A DNA stretch of 64,000 nt from Escherichia virus TH54. Shown piece after piece: positions 37,280 to 48,598 of the stretch. Numbering within the stretch: the stretch's first letter is position 1; each line of letters begins with the position of its first letter. Location: sequence record MT446420.1. The stretch is one strand, 5' to 3'. Made by a program: the position numbers and the translations under genes. The notes beneath the pieces are model-generated. The model saw only the letters and a list, made by a program, of their open reading frames with translations. It did no database searches and was not told the DNA's origin.

Positions 37280-37875
37280 ACGTTTCTCATAGATGGATGC
37301 ATTGACTTAGACCTGATTTCCTGTTGCATTGCTGCATTACTATCAATCTGTGGTCTACCTTCTATTATTATACCATCAATTTCTACAGCAAAAGACTTGA
37401 AGTTGAAAGTTGCTGTTGCGTTGATAGCCGGGTCAGAATCTTCTTTATATGAATACTGAATCTCTGACAGGTCGGACGGCCATGCTCCATAGTAATGGAT
37501 TGACATGACAATTTTGTCCTTGTTGTTATCTAAGATATGAAGCGTGACCGCTTCGGGACGACCCTTCGGATGCCATGCTTTTGATTCGTGTGTGATGTAG
37601 TTGTTGAGCGAGAGCATCCATTTATAGATGTCAAGCCACGCTCTTAAGTCTTTGTCACACAGAAAGTTAACAATCAGTGGGTCGAATTCTATTGTACTAC
37701 CAGGAAGACTGGAGCGATTTATACCTTGTGTTCCCCCAGGGACATCCGTCACAGGAATGTGAACTCCAGGGAGGGTAACGTCTTGAACGTTGAGTTTAAA
37801 GGTCTGTGTGAGGTTTGAATCGCTTACCTCTAATATAAAGTTAGTCGTGTTAGTTTGATTATATAAACCTGACAT
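37276..37875 (-). CDS. 3: tail completion / sheath stabilizer gp3
   Basis: synteny between 1 and 2; start trimmed from 38037. Confidence 0.8.
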   Translation of the reverse strand: MSGLYNQTNTTNFILEVSDSNLTQTFKLNVQDVTLPGVHIPVTDVPGGTQGINRSSLPGSTIEFDPLIVNFLCDKDLRAWLDIYKWMLSLNNYITHESKAWHPKGRPEAVTLHILDNNKDKIVMSIHYYGAWPSDLSEIQYSYKEDSDPAINATATFNFKSFAVEIDGIIIEGRPQIDSNAAMQQEIRSKSMHPSMRNV

Positions 37876-37960
37876 AGTGCACCTTGTTTGCTTTAAAACA
37901 ATCAGTGTTATAATGGTTCTAGACCTTTTGTCCTTACCAATAACACTGACCGATAATAGA

Positions 37961-38794
37961 TTATGAATTTCTCCATACTTTCTGGGAAGAGAATCTTTTG
38001 CCTTTCGACATAAATTGTTGCAACGGAAGCATAACAACGTTTGCCCAGTCGCTGGGCTTGATTTCAGTGATAGTACCTTTTATATTGCCAGGTATATATG
38101 CTTTAATCATCTGGTCAGCCCCTTTAAATCCCTTCACCTTTGACCAATCAATCTTTAGATGAGTCTTGTTTGTAATCGTAGGGGTATTAGCATATTGCTT
38201 AAGAAGTTCCTCAAGGAACTCTTGGCGTGCCTTCGGTGGAATATAGTGCAAGTTCAAACCATACATCAAATTATGCTTACCTAGACCAAGATAAATGATT
38301 AACGGATATTTGTCCCAGTATGGAAGAGTATCCTTATGCTTTGCATCATAGATATAAGCATAAAGTTTACCTGGTTGAGGTTTAGCCGTTACGTGGCCGC
38401 GAACTGATTTCTTAATTGTCTCTGCGAACCATCTGGCAGATTTGGTGTTGCTTGCAGCGCCTTCGTTGGCAATCTTATCTCTTATGCTCTTTCTAAAGCT
38501 ATTCACCATTATCAGCTGGCGTTCTGCCTTCGTAAGTTTACCAGCAGGTTTCTTTTTGAGTTTGGATACTTTATAAGCAGTCTGAATTCTCGAATTGTAT
38601 CTTGACATGCTTTTGGTAAAGGTCGAATAGTTGATTCCTTTCTCTTCAGCAAACTTCTTCGAGGTCATTCCCTTTTCTTTTGCTGTATAAAATTCAACCC
38701 CTATCTCAACCCATTGTTGTTCGGATTTACTGGGTTTCGGACCTGGTTTATCTACAGATTCATTGATAAATGTAAAAATACTCATCCTTTCCAT
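37961..38794 (-). CDS. 2: DNA end protector gp2
   Basis: 277 aa; synteny. Confidence 0.85.
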   Translation of the reverse strand: MERMSIFTFINESVDKPGPKPSKSEQQWVEIGVEFYTAKEKGMTSKKFAEEKGINYSTFTKSMSRYNSRIQTAYKVSKLKKKPAGKLTKAERQLIMVNSFRKSIRDKIANEGAASNTKSARWFAETIKKSVRGHVTAKPQPGKLYAYIYDAKHKDTLPYWDKYPLIIYLGLGKHNLMYGLNLHYIPPKARQEFLEELLKQYANTPTITNKTHLKIDWSKVKGFKGADQMIKAYIPGNIKGTITEIKPSDWANVVMLPLQQFMSKGKRFSSQKVWRNS

Positions 38795-39231
38795 CCTAAT
38801 TTTTTCAGTGAGTTTTCAGTGATTATCCTGAACGTTATACCCATTTTATCTGCGGTAGCTTGCGCAGCTTTCCATTTGTCAGAGTTAACGCTCCAAGTGT
38901 ACATCTCGTTAATAAATCTCTTTTTACTCGCGGCTGTATTATTGACCGGTTTGGTTGGAGGTCTTGTTTCTTTTAATGGCTTAACTTCAAAAAAGAACTG
39001 TTGTCCTGTATCAAACTTAACCCAGAAATCCATATAATATCTGCGCTTTTTACCTTCAGCATTGCAGAAGTATGGAATAATCACAGTCTCAGAGCCCCAT
39101 TGAACAACGTTCGGATGGTTGTCTAGCCATCTCATCAGCCACGCCTCCCAGCTTGACCGGTATTGTATTTTCTTCCAGTCGCCCTTATATTTTTCTATAT
39201 TAGTGGGCTTAAATTTCCCGGAGTATGCCAT
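38782..39231 (-). CDS. 4: head completion protein gp4
   Basis: 149 aa; synteny; late promoter upstream. Confidence 0.88.
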   Translation of the reverse strand: MAYSGKFKPTNIEKYKGDWKKIQYRSSWEAWLMRWLDNHPNVVQWGSETVIIPYFCNAEGKKRRYYMDFWVKFDTGQQFFFEVKPLKETRPPTKPVNNTAASKKRFINEMYTWSVNSDKWKAAQATADKMGITFRIITENSLKKLGWKG

Positions 39232-39259
39232 ATAGCCTCCTAATAAATATTGATATACT

Positions 39260-39267
39260 TATTTATA
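39260..39267 (-). promoter_or_regulatory. late promoter TATAAATA for gene 4
   Basis: exact consensus 28 nt upstream of ATG, GGAGG RBS between. Confidence 0.65.
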
Positions 39268-39279
39268 AATGGAGGCTTT

Positions 39280-39882
39280 ATGCTTTTTTCATTTTTTAAC
39301 CCAATTGATTATGATGCAAAAACAATCAGAAAAAATTCAGCATCATTGACGAAAGAAGACGTCTTAAGCATTCCAATGACTGACATCTTCAGAAACTACC
39401 GTGCTTATTTCGATAAGGTCGCTGCTAATTATACGCCAAAAACCTATTACATCGCAGGAGCTCCGAGGCCTGAAGAATTAGCATATCAGCTCTATGGGAA
39501 TACGCAGCTATATTGGGTTCTCCTTATGCTCAATGATATCTATGACCCTTATTATGGTTGGCTCGGCTCTCAGGAATCATCTTACCAGGCATCTATTCAG
39601 AAATATTCGAATGTTGGTGGTAACCAGGTCCTTTATCATGTGAATGAAAACGGCGAGAAGTTCTGGAACCTTGTTTCTTATCCTGATAATCCATACACAT
39701 GGTACGATAAAGGTGATAAGAACAAATTATACCCGCAGTATGAAGGTCCATTAGCTGCGGTGGATATCTATGAAGATGCTATCCGTAAAAATGAATACAA
39801 ACGCGAAATAAAAATAATTGACCCGGAAGACATTGAGTCATTTATTTCCGCGCTTATCCGTGAAATGGAGAAGGCATTATGA
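39280..39882 (+). CDS. 53: baseplate wedge protein gp53
   Basis: MLFSFFNPIDYDAK...; GGAGG RBS. Confidence 0.9.
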   Translation: MLFSFFNPIDYDAKTIRKNSASLTKEDVLSIPMTDIFRNYRAYFDKVAANYTPKTYYIAGAPRPEELAYQLYGNTQLYWVLLMLNDIYDPYYGWLGSQESSYQASIQKYSNVGGNQVLYHVNENGEKFWNLVSYPDNPYTWYDKGDKNKLYPQYEGPLAAVDIYEDAIRKNEYKREIKIIDPEDIESFISALIREMEKAL

Positions 39883-41621
39883 TTAATATGTCAGATAATG
39901 TAAGTTGGTTCGTCGGGGTTGTTGAAGACCGAATGGACCCACTTCAGCAAGGTCGTGTACGTGTTCGCGTATGGGGTATGCATCCATATGAGAAAGCACA
40001 AGGGCCAGTAAAAGGTATCAGAACTGAAGACCTTCCTTGGATGTCAGTATTGATGCCAACATCATCTGCATCGGTTTCTGGAATTCAAACTGCCATGACT
40101 GGTATGGTCCCGGGAACCCAAGTGTATGGTCACTTTTTAGACAAGTGGAAGCTCAACGGTCTTGTCATTGGCACATATGGTTCAGCCTCAAGACAAAAAG
40201 CAAATCCTAACGAAGGTTTCTCTGACCCCACCGGGCAATATCCGCTTTATATAGGTAATGATGCTGCTGCGCTTAACCGTGGAGGCGAAGTCGGTTATGG
40301 TGCCACTTCGAACGTAATACAAGATGCAAACCTTGATTTGGGTATTAACCCGGATGGTCTTGATTTGAGTCAGGTTAAACCAGATGATAATCCTAATTTC
40401 ACAATTGAAAATATGCTTCATCGTGATGAAGGTCTTCGTTTGAAAGTATATTGGGACACCGAGGGTTATCCTACTATAGGTATAGGGCACTTAATTGCAC
40501 CACAACCTATTAGAGATATGAATCAGATAAACAAAATATTATCTAATCAAATAGGCCGTGAAGTTAAAGGTAACCCTGGTGCAATATCAATGGACGAGGC
40601 TTCTAAGTTATTCCAGGAAGACCTTAAAAAAGTCCAAAATGATATAGGCAAGCATAGTGTTGTAGGTCCGGTTTACAATAAAGAAAACCGTTCGAGACAA
40701 ATGGCTCTTGAAAACATGGCTTTCCAAATGGGATTAGGTGGATTGGCTAAATTCCGTGGAATGCTTAGTGCAATGTTAATAGGTGATTATAAGAAGGCAT
40801 TTGAGGAAGCTCGCAATTCAGTATGGTTTAACCAAACTAAAGGGCGTGCATCAAGAGTATCAATGATTATCCTTACCGGTAATATGGAATCATATGGTAT
40901 TATGGCCCCTAAAGAAAGAGAATTTAATGGCCGTTCTTATAGGATGATTCAAACCTTTGCAGCCCCTACAAATTCTGACCCGGCCGACCCGTGGACTCCA
41001 GAAGATACGAGGATTCTGTTTAAAGAACCAGAATCAAGTTACAAGGGTGAATATCCTTACGTGCAGACAATGCAAACTGAAGGCGGTCATATTCAGGAAT
41101 TCGATAATACACCCGGGCAAGAACGTTATCGACTGATTCACCCGACCGGGTCCTATGAGGAAGTTGCACCAGATGGCCGTAAAACTTCGAAGACTGTTGC
41201 CGATGGTTATTATATGACCCAGGGTGATTCGAGTACTTATGTTGGTGGTAATAATAAAGTCAACGTTGGCGGTGATGAAACCTATTACAATATGGCTAAT
41301 GTTCGACGTCAGACTGATGGAAACGAAAGTATTCATATCAGAGGGAATGAAACCAAAACTATCGAAGGTGATGGTACAATTATCGTCAAAGGTAATGTAA
41401 GTATTCTTGTCGAAGGTAATGCTGAAATAACTGTTAAAGGTGATGCAAAAACTCTTGTCGAAGGTAACCATGATTATACGGTAAATGGTAATGTCAAATG
41501 GTCTGTTAATGGAAACGTTGATATGACCGTGGCTGGCAATTGGTCCGAAACAATGTCAACAATGAGTTCAATTGCATCTGGTCAATATACTATTGATGGT
41601 TCGAGGATTGACATTGGCTAA
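39879..41621 (+). CDS. 5: baseplate hub / tail lysozyme and cell-puncturing spike gp5
   Basis: 580 aa; lysozyme core DEGLRLKVYWDTEGYPTIGIGH; C-terminal VxGxxxxx beta-helix repeats. Confidence 0.95.
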   Translation: MINMSDNVSWFVGVVEDRMDPLQQGRVRVRVWGMHPYEKAQGPVKGIRTEDLPWMSVLMPTSSASVSGIQTAMTGMVPGTQVYGHFLDKWKLNGLVIGTYGSASRQKANPNEGFSDPTGQYPLYIGNDAAALNRGGEVGYGATSNVIQDANLDLGINPDGLDLSQVKPDDNPNFTIENMLHRDEGLRLKVYWDTEGYPTIGIGHLIAPQPIRDMNQINKILSNQIGREVKGNPGAISMDEASKLFQEDLKKVQNDIGKHSVVGPVYNKENRSRQMALENMAFQMGLGGLAKFRGMLSAMLIGDYKKAFEEARNSVWFNQTKGRASRVSMIILTGNMESYGIMAPKEREFNGRSYRMIQTFAAPTNSDPADPWTPEDTRILFKEPESSYKGEYPYVQTMQTEGGHIQEFDNTPGQERYRLIHPTGSYEEVAPDGRKTSKTVADGYYMTQGDSSTYVGGNNKVNVGGDETYYNMANVRRQTDGNESIHIRGNETKTIEGDGTIIVKGNVSILVEGNAEITVKGDAKTLVEGNHDYTVNGNVKWSVNGNVDMTVAGNWSETMSTMSSIASGQYTIDGSRIDIG

Positions 41622-41631
41622 TATACTTCCA

Positions 41632-42153
41632 ATGAGCACTGACCTAGGAGACTCCATGGAAGGAGCTTCAATCGATGTTACGTTTACAGCTCAATTAGAA
41701 ACAAACGAAACATTAGTCGAAATAAATATAACTGAATATGAGGCCACCCTTGGCGTTAATGTTGAGGGTAATCATCTTTATGGTGTTTATGAATCCGTGT
41801 TCGGATTTGCAGATGATGCGCTTAAATATCGGCTTAATGATGAATTCAAAACTGCTGGTTCATGGGAAGACCTTCCTACAGATAAGAGTACTCAATTGTA
41901 TCTCTGGAGGGCCCCAGCGAGCCTCCAGAAGGTCTTTTCATACACGGTAACCCTAACCTATGACTTTCAAGAAGAGAGCTCTGGTGGAGACACAGGGACC
42001 TCTGGTGGCAGTAATAGCCGTACAGGTAATGAGACCGACCCACCTCCTGCTCCAGTAAGAAAGACAATGACAAAAGTTTACACAAAAACTATCGTCGGCA
42101 ACTGGTCAAGATGGGCAGATAAATTGCGTTCATACGTATACGCGAGGGATTAA
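41632..42153 (+). CDS. 5.1: gp5.1-like protein
   Basis: synteny between 5 and 5.4; start inferred. Confidence 0.65.
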   Translation: MSTDLGDSMEGASIDVTFTAQLETNETLVEINITEYEATLGVNVEGNHLYGVYESVFGFADDALKYRLNDEFKTAGSWEDLPTDKSTQLYLWRAPASLQKVFSYTVTLTYDFQEESSGGDTGTSGGSNSRTGNETDPPPAPVRKTMTKVYTKTIVGNWSRWADKLRSYVYARD

Positions 42154-42446
42154 TGGCTGGATTAAGTTTCAATCAATGTGTTACAGCAGGTCATGAAGCC
42201 TGGCCACCGACTGTAATCAATGCAACTCAAGGTAAAGTATTCACCGGGGGAATTCCGGTATTAGTTGCCGGAGACCCTATTACCGAGCATACCGAAATTA
42301 AAAAACCATATGAAACCCACGGCGGAGTAACACAACCAAGAACTCCGAAGGTATTCGTTACCGGCAAGAAAGCTGTTCAAATGGCAGACCCGATTTCATG
42401 TGGTGATACTGTGGCTCAAGCCTCATCAAAAGTCTTTATAAAATAG
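42153..42446 (+). CDS. 5.4: PAAR-repeat spike tip protein gp5.4
   Basis: 97 aa; synteny. Confidence 0.85.
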   Translation: MAGLSFNQCVTAGHEAWPPTVINATQGKVFTGGIPVLVAGDPITEHTEIKKPYETHGGVTQPRTPKVFVTGKKAVQMADPISCGDTVAQASSKVFIK

Positions 42447-42454
42447 GAAATAAA

Positions 42455-44413
42455 ATGGCTACTCCTACGAATTACCAATTAACAAGAACCGTTAACGCTA
42501 TCCCAAAAGTATTTGTGGGAGCTACGTTTGAAGAAATTAAAAAGAACATCATCGACTGGCTATCAAGCCAGGATGAATTTAAGGATTATGATTTCGTAGG
42601 TTCGCGAATGAATATCCTGATTGATATGCTTGCATATAATACATTGTATATGCAACAGTTTGCTAATACAGCAGTTTATGAATCATTTATCGGAACTGCA
42701 AACCTAAGGTCTTCGGTTGTTCAGGCTGCACAGGATAATGGTTATCTTCCATCTTCGCGTTCGGCCGCAAAGACTTCGGTTATGCTAACATGTTCTCATG
42801 CTCTCCAACCATCGAATATTGAAATTCCGCGCGGGACCAAGTTCCTGGCTTATGCTCGTGATACATCAGCTGACCCTTATATGTTTGTCACAACGGATAA
42901 TGTAATCGCGGTAAAAGACATTAATAACCAATATCTGCCGATTGTATCCCTTGCACAAGGCCGCATTATTCGTACCGAACTTTTGTATGACCCGAAACAG
43001 CCTATTCTTATTCGTGACCCGGATATTGACCGAAAAGAAGTTAAGCTTTTTGTGAACGGCATCGAGTGGACTGACTGGACAAACAAATCAATGGTTCATG
43101 CTGGTTCAACGTCCACCATTTTCTATATGCGTGAAACTGTTGATGGTAATACCGAATTCTTCTTCGGTGAAGGTGAATCGACCAAATCTGTTGCCGGTGG
43201 CGTATTGGAAGCAAACTATATTGGTGGACTGAAACCCGTACAGGATTCAACAATTGTTATCGAATATCTTCGTACATCAGGGGCTGATGCAAATGGTGCA
43301 GTTGACTTCAGCTATGCTGACTCCTTGTCTTATATCACTGTTGACAAGATTACCGAAAACTATAATAATGATAAAGATTACGTTGGAGCTGATGGCGGCG
43401 GTGACCCGGAAGATATTGAACGAATCCGCGAACTGGCTGTAGTTAAACGTGAAGCGCAGATGCGTGCTGTCACCGGGACTGATTATGATACCTTCGTATC
43501 AGAAAGATTTGGCTCAATCGTACAAGCCGTACAGACGTTTACGGACGCAAATAAACCTGGGTATGCGTTTATATCAGTTAAGCCTAAATCGGGCTTGTAT
43601 CTCACCGCAGTGCAGCGTGAGGACATCAAAAACTACCTTAGTGAGTTCAACGTATCGACAATTACACCATCAGTTATTTCTCCTGATTATTTGTTCCTTA
43701 AACATAATATCAAAGTGTCTTATGCACTGAATAAATTACAGGAATCTGAACAGTGGCTGCAAGCACAAATCATTAACCAGATTGACCGCTATTATATCGA
43801 TGAAGTTGAATTGTTTAACCACAGTTTTGCTAAATCGAAAATGCTCACTTATGTGGATAATACTGACCATAGTATTTTGGGTTCGTCTGCAACGGTGACA
43901 ATGGTTCGTGAAGTCTTGAACTTCTTTAAGACTCCAGAATCAGGCATTAAATATTATAATCAATATACTAATAGGTCTGTGGAATCAAGCGAATTCGAAT
44001 TTATTCCAACTAACCAAAGCGATACTGTTACCTCATATAACGTCCGTATTGTAGCGACTGACCGCAACTCATCAGGCGATGGTAAAATGGTCATTGGTCC
44101 GTTCCGTCCAGGTGATGTTCAGCTTAATACGAATATTCAACCTTATACAGGTAATGACTTTAATAAGATGACTGCACCAGCTGACCAGACTCAATACTTT
44201 GTAATCGGTGAAATTGATTATTGGTCTGATTATATCTTCTGGGACATCGCTGCGATTGGTTTGACTTCGGACCGTTTTGAAGTGCAATCAATCGAATTGT
44301 ATGCAGGTCCAGTCCAGGACAATATCTATACAAAAGACGGTTCGCTTATCGTATTCGAAAATGACCTTCGTCCACAGTATACGACTATTAATTTAGAACC
44401 AATTACATTATAA
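42455..44413 (+). CDS. 6: baseplate wedge protein gp6
   Basis: 652 aa; synteny. Confidence 0.93.
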   Translation: MATPTNYQLTRTVNAIPKVFVGATFEEIKKNIIDWLSSQDEFKDYDFVGSRMNILIDMLAYNTLYMQQFANTAVYESFIGTANLRSSVVQAAQDNGYLPSSRSAAKTSVMLTCSHALQPSNIEIPRGTKFLAYARDTSADPYMFVTTDNVIAVKDINNQYLPIVSLAQGRIIRTELLYDPKQPILIRDPDIDRKEVKLFVNGIEWTDWTNKSMVHAGSTSTIFYMRETVDGNTEFFFGEGESTKSVAGGVLEANYIGGLKPVQDSTIVIEYLRTSGADANGAVDFSYADSLSYITVDKITENYNNDKDYVGADGGGDPEDIERIRELAVVKREAQMRAVTGTDYDTFVSERFGSIVQAVQTFTDANKPGYAFISVKPKSGLYLTAVQREDIKNYLSEFNVSTITPSVISPDYLFLKHNIKVSYALNKLQESEQWLQAQIINQIDRYYIDEVELFNHSFAKSKMLTYVDNTDHSILGSSATVTMVREVLNFFKTPESGIKYYNQYTNRSVESSEFEFIPTNQSDTVTSYNVRIVATDRNSSGDGKMVIGPFRPGDVQLNTNIQPYTGNDFNKMTAPADQTQYFVIGEIDYWSDYIFWDIAAIGLTSDRFEVQSIELYAGPVQDNIYTKDGSLIVFENDLRPQYTTINLEPITL

Positions 44414-44430
44414 GCCTCTTCGGAGGCTTT
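44414..44430 (+). terminator. UUCG-loop hairpin, weak terminator
   Basis: GCCTC-TTCG-GAGGC-TTT. Confidence 0.45.
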
Positions 44431-44441
44431 AAGGAATCTTA

Positions 44442-47400
44442 ATGACTGTTAAAGCCCCTTCTGTTACTAGCTTGCGGATTGATAAACTATCTGCCAACCA
44501 AGTTAGTATTAAATGGGATGATGTAGGCTCCAACTTTTACTATTTTGTGGAGATTGCACAAATCACAGAAAATGGAGTACGCATCCCAACCAGAGATTTA
44601 ATTTGGCGTGACCTTGGTTATACCGCAGACAATGAATGGTTCGAGCAGGAATATATTCGTCCGTTAACAAGTTATCAGATGCGTGTGTCTGTTGCGGCAA
44701 TGGGCTTCGAACGGTCTGATTGGGAATATACCGAAGAATTTGAAACTTTTGCAACAAACGCATATACTTTTGAACATATGCGTGAATTTAGTTTGGCTAA
44801 TAAGTTCATTGAAGAAAAATTCACTAATAACAATCAGAGTTATATCAACTTTAACAATGATGCTATTATGGCCTCATTGATGTCCGAAGACTTTACATGG
44901 ACCTCCGCATATTCTCATTTGTCTTCAATCTCGAACTATGTTTTACAAGAAGACCAATATCACGAAATCCAGGGACCGATTCAAGCCGTCTGTGTTGACC
45001 AAAACCGCACGATGCTTGCTGAACTTGGTGGAGTTCTTTATCTGTTTGAACGTTTTCAGCCAATGGTTAAAGTCTCCAATGACAAAGGCCAGAACTGGTA
45101 TTACATAAGACTCTTTAACGAGCGGGTCGGTAACCCTGTATCAAGAACTGTATATTACCAGACTGATACCACAACTTACGTTCTTGGATATGACCGCATA
45201 TTCTATGGCCGTCAATCAAGCGATATAAGATGGTCTGCAGATGATGTTCGATTCAGTTCTGAAGATATTACATTTGCTAAAGTCGGTTCGGATATTAATC
45301 TTGGATTTGATATTGAAATCTTCGGTAACTATGCAAGACTTCCGGCTTATATTTCGCAAATAGCAGAAGCTATTACGGTTTCGGATGAGTTCATTTATGT
45401 TGCGGCTCGTGGTCGTGTATATAAAGCAAAAACCTCTGATGCGCCGATTGATACAACCCCAGGGTCTCCGACCTTTGGTGAAAAACTATTTGAAACTGGT
45501 TACAGTACAATTACGGCGAACCCTAAAGCGGTTTGCTATAAAATGGATTCAGTTCAAGGTCATACGTTTGCATTAATTACTGGTGAAGTTAAAGAAGAAA
45601 GACAAGACCCAACTAAACCTGAAAACGTTGTTGACTCTCTGGATAAAGGCGTTTATAAATTAGACCCTGTTACTGATACATGGACGAGAGTTTTTGGTAA
45701 TACAGAAGAAGAACGACGCCGAATCGAACATGGTTATGCGAGCATGTCAACTGATGGCATCGAGGTGTTCTTTAGCTCCAGTAACTTCAAATATTCGGTT
45801 GAGCCTGATACTGAACTCCCTCTTAAATATCCTGATGAAGTTAACGAAGCAGTCAAATATGTTTACGACGAACAATGGATACATGATAAGCATTACCTGA
45901 TGATGAGCTTCAGGGCTGGTGAAGATTCTGGCTTCGAAGAGTTCAAACCAGGTCGTATGACTTACTATGCAGAGCCGTTCTTTAACTGGTCAAGACGTGA
46001 CGATACTCGTTGTTGGATTACGACTTCAGACCGAGCAATGGTCGTCTATAATGATGTTCTTTATCAGTATATCATCGATACATTTAGTGGAACTTCCCCG
46101 GAACGTATCGTGCATGAATATTGGAACAAAGGTCAAGTAACGATTACTGCACCTAACATCGAATTCAATGGCTTTAAAAAATATGCCTCCGGGATTATGC
46201 TTCATAAAAATACCGGGGAATTAATTGGCTATTTTGAGTTTGACTATCGCGTGCGCGATGAAGTGCGTATCATCTGGAAGCCAAAAGAAATTATGCTTAT
46301 GGCCGAACTGCAAAACCAGGAACATGATATTCCATGGACTCCAGAAAATGAGAACAAAGAAAAAGACCCTGACCTGCAGCCATTATTAACGAAGATGGTT
46401 CCGGATAGTTATCTTTTGCAGGATAGTAAATTTGAAAAATTCTGTGAATATTATTTGCAGTTCATCAGTGATGGTTCCGGTACATATTATAACAACCTGC
46501 TGAATCTTATTCGTAACCAATATCCACGCGAGGAAGATGCATGGGAATACCTCTGGAGTGAAATGTACAAACGCAACATTTACCTCTCCAAGGAAAAACG
46601 TGACGAAGTTGTTCGATTCTTCCAGGCCCGACAGTCTGATTTTTGGGCAACAAAAGGCACAGAAGCATCTTATAAATTCCTGTTCAAATTACTGTATAAT
46701 GAAGATGTTGAAATTGACATCGAATCCAAGAACGGAACCGAGTATGATATCGTAGTTGAATCTGATAATATCAGTGAAGACATCGTAGGCCAAACCATTT
46801 ATACCGCAACTGGTCGCAGTAATGTGACTTATATGGAGCGCGATTATAAAGATGGTAAATTAAGATGGCGCATTACGATTCATAACCTCCTGGGGCGTTT
46901 TATTGTTGGTCAAGAAATTAAATCAGAAAGAACCTCATTCGAGGGGATGATTGTGCAAGGTGTTCGTGGTAAAGAGTTGTTGAGCAACAACATCGATTAT
47001 ATTAATCGTAACCGCTCTTATTACGTAATGACAATTAAGTCAAACCTTCCAACCTCTCGTTATCGTAATGATGTTTTGAGATTTGTTCACCCGGTTGGAT
47101 TTGGATTCATCGGTATTACGTTGCTGACAATGTTTGTTAACGTTGGTTTGACTCTTAAACACACCGAGACAATCATTAATAAATTAAGTAACTATAGATG
47201 GTCTTCTGGTATTCCGTCTGAATGGAATGACCGAGTTGCGGTGATTGGTGTTGATGGTACTATTGAGAAAAACCCTACCACAGGCGAAGCAATATATAAC
47301 ATCGCTCCTAATGCTGGTCAGCCTTTCCCATTACCAGCGGATTATGATGCCGAGAATGATTTCTCCATGTTCTATGGGTTGTTACCGTCACAACGTCGTG

Positions 47401-47537
47401 GAAAATATAGTCCACTGTTTGACCAGTCGGCTGTTACATTCTCAAATTGGAGAGCATTAGTTGACCAACGTCTTAAAGATGATATTGGTAATCCAAGAGA
47501 CCCGGTTAATCCTACACAGGTAAATGTAAATGAATAA
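44442..47537 (+). CDS. 7: baseplate wedge protein gp7
   Basis: 1031 aa; synteny. Confidence 0.93.
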   Translation: MTVKAPSVTSLRIDKLSANQVSIKWDDVGSNFYYFVEIAQITENGVRIPTRDLIWRDLGYTADNEWFEQEYIRPLTSYQMRVSVAAMGFERSDWEYTEEFETFATNAYTFEHMREFSLANKFIEEKFTNNNQSYINFNNDAIMASLMSEDFTWTSAYSHLSSISNYVLQEDQYHEIQGPIQAVCVDQNRTMLAELGGVLYLFERFQPMVKVSNDKGQNWYYIRLFNERVGNPVSRTVYYQTDTTTYVLGYDRIFYGRQSSDIRWSADDVRFSSEDITFAKVGSDINLGFDIEIFGNYARLPAYISQIAEAITVSDEFIYVAARGRVYKAKTSDAPIDTTPGSPTFGEKLFETGYSTITANPKAVCYKMDSVQGHTFALITGEVKEERQDPTKPENVVDSLDKGVYKLDPVTDTWTRVFGNTEEERRRIEHGYASMSTDGIEVFFSSSNFKYSVEPDTELPLKYPDEVNEAVKYVYDEQWIHDKHYLMMSFRAGEDSGFEEFKPGRMTYYAEPFFNWSRRDDTRCWITTSDRAMVVYNDVLYQYIIDTFSGTSPERIVHEYWNKGQVTITAPNIEFNGFKKYASGIMLHKNTGELIGYFEFDYRVRDEVRIIWKPKEIMLMAELQNQEHDIPWTPENENKEKDPDLQPLLTKMVPDSYLLQDSKFEKFCEYYLQFISDGSGTYYNNLLNLIRNQYPREEDAWEYLWSEMYKRNIYLSKEKRDEVVRFFQARQSDFWATKGTEASYKFLFKLLYNEDVEIDIESKNGTEYDIVVESDNISEDIVGQTIYTATGRSNVTYMERDYKDGKLRWRITIHNLLGRFIVGQEIKSERTSFEGMIVQGVRGKELLSNNIDYINRNRSYYVMTIKSNLPTSRYRNDVLRFVHPVGFGFIGITLLTMFVNVGLTLKHTETIINKLSNYRWSSGIPSEWNDRVAVIGVDGTIEKNPTTGEAIYNIAPNAGQPFPLPADYDAENDFSMFYGLLPSQRRGKYSPLFDQSAVTFSNWRALVDQRLKDDIGNPRDPVNPTQVNVNE

Positions 47538-48534
47538 CTCTACCGTAGTTTACCGTTCAATTGTTACATCAAAATTCAGAACGGAAAAAATGTATAACTT
47601 CTACAGCGCTATCGGAGATGGCGCAACTGAAAATACAATGTATGTCACGTTTGGCCGTGCAGAACCATGGGCCGCAAACGAAAACGACCCGGGCTTTGCT
47701 CCACCTTATCCGGTTGATGATGCTCAAGGTGTTGAAGATGTTTGGACCAATATGATGGGCGCAGTCAAGGTTTATAAATCCATGCTTGACTGCGTGGTTC
47801 CTCGTAAAGATTGGGGTGATGTTCGTTATCCTAACCCGCTGAACTTTCAGATTGGTGAAATTGTCGTAAGTAATACAGCGCCATATAACCGAACTGATGT
47901 TGGTAAAGGTTGGATGGTTTATCGTTGCGTGGATATTCCTGAATCTGGCACATGTTCGATTTATTCCATCACCAATAAGCAAGAATGTCTTAAGCTTGGT
48001 GGCAAATGGACGTCAGACTATGCTTCCAGTCGTGCTCCATCTGGGACTGGTGACACCGAAGGACGTGTTGATATGGGTGATGGTTATCTCTGGGAATATC
48101 TCTATGAGATTCCGCCTGATGTATCCATTAACCGTTGTACAAACGAATATATCGTTGTTCCATGGCCAGAAGAAATTGCAGAAGACCCGGAACGTTGGGG
48201 ATACAAAGATAACCTGACATGGCAGCAAAATGATTATGGTTTAATCTATCGTATCAAGGGCAATACAATTCGTTTCAAGGCTTTCATGGATTCGATTTAT
48301 TTCCCTCAATTCAGCCTTCCAGGTAACAAAGGTTTTCGACAAATTTCAATTGTTGCTAACCCTCTGGAAATCAAAGCTGCACCTAATGACCCGAACATCA
48401 AAGCAACAAAAGAATATTACGATGCTATTGATTTGAGTCGTCATTCTGGTGAAATGATTTACATGGAAAACAGACCACCTGTTTATCGTGCAATGGACCA
48501 AACTGAAGAAGTAAATATTATTTTTGAATTCTAA
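47530..48534 (+). CDS. 8: baseplate wedge protein gp8
   Basis: 334 aa; synteny. Confidence 0.93.
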   Translation: MNNSTVVYRSIVTSKFRTEKMYNFYSAIGDGATENTMYVTFGRAEPWAANENDPGFAPPYPVDDAQGVEDVWTNMMGAVKVYKSMLDCVVPRKDWGDVRYPNPLNFQIGEIVVSNTAPYNRTDVGKGWMVYRCVDIPESGTCSIYSITNKQECLKLGGKWTSDYASSRAPSGTGDTEGRVDMGDGYLWEYLYEIPPDVSINRCTNEYIVVPWPEEIAEDPERWGYKDNLTWQQNDYGLIYRIKGNTIRFKAFMDSIYFPQFSLPGNKGFRQISIVANPLEIKAAPNDPNIKATKEYYDAIDLSRHSGEMIYMENRPPVYRAMDQTEEVNIIFEF

Positions 48535-48537
48535 CTA

Positions 48538-48559
48538 GGGACCTTCGGGTCCCTTTTTT
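48538..48559 (+). terminator. rho-independent terminator
   Basis: GGGACC-TTCG-GGTCCC plus T6. Confidence 0.8.
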
Positions 48560-48563
48560 ATTT

Positions 48564-48571
48564 TATAAATA
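48564..48571 (+). promoter_or_regulatory. late promoter TATAAATA for gene 9
   Basis: exact consensus 27 nt upstream of ATG. Confidence 0.65.
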
Positions 48572-48598
48572 TAACTATATCAATAATGAGGCTTACCT

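Noticed and set aside
39264-39271. TATAAATG on plus strand before gene 53
   Set aside because: Imperfect and only 8 nt from the ATG; the exact TATAAATA on the opposite strand (39260..39267) serves gene 4.
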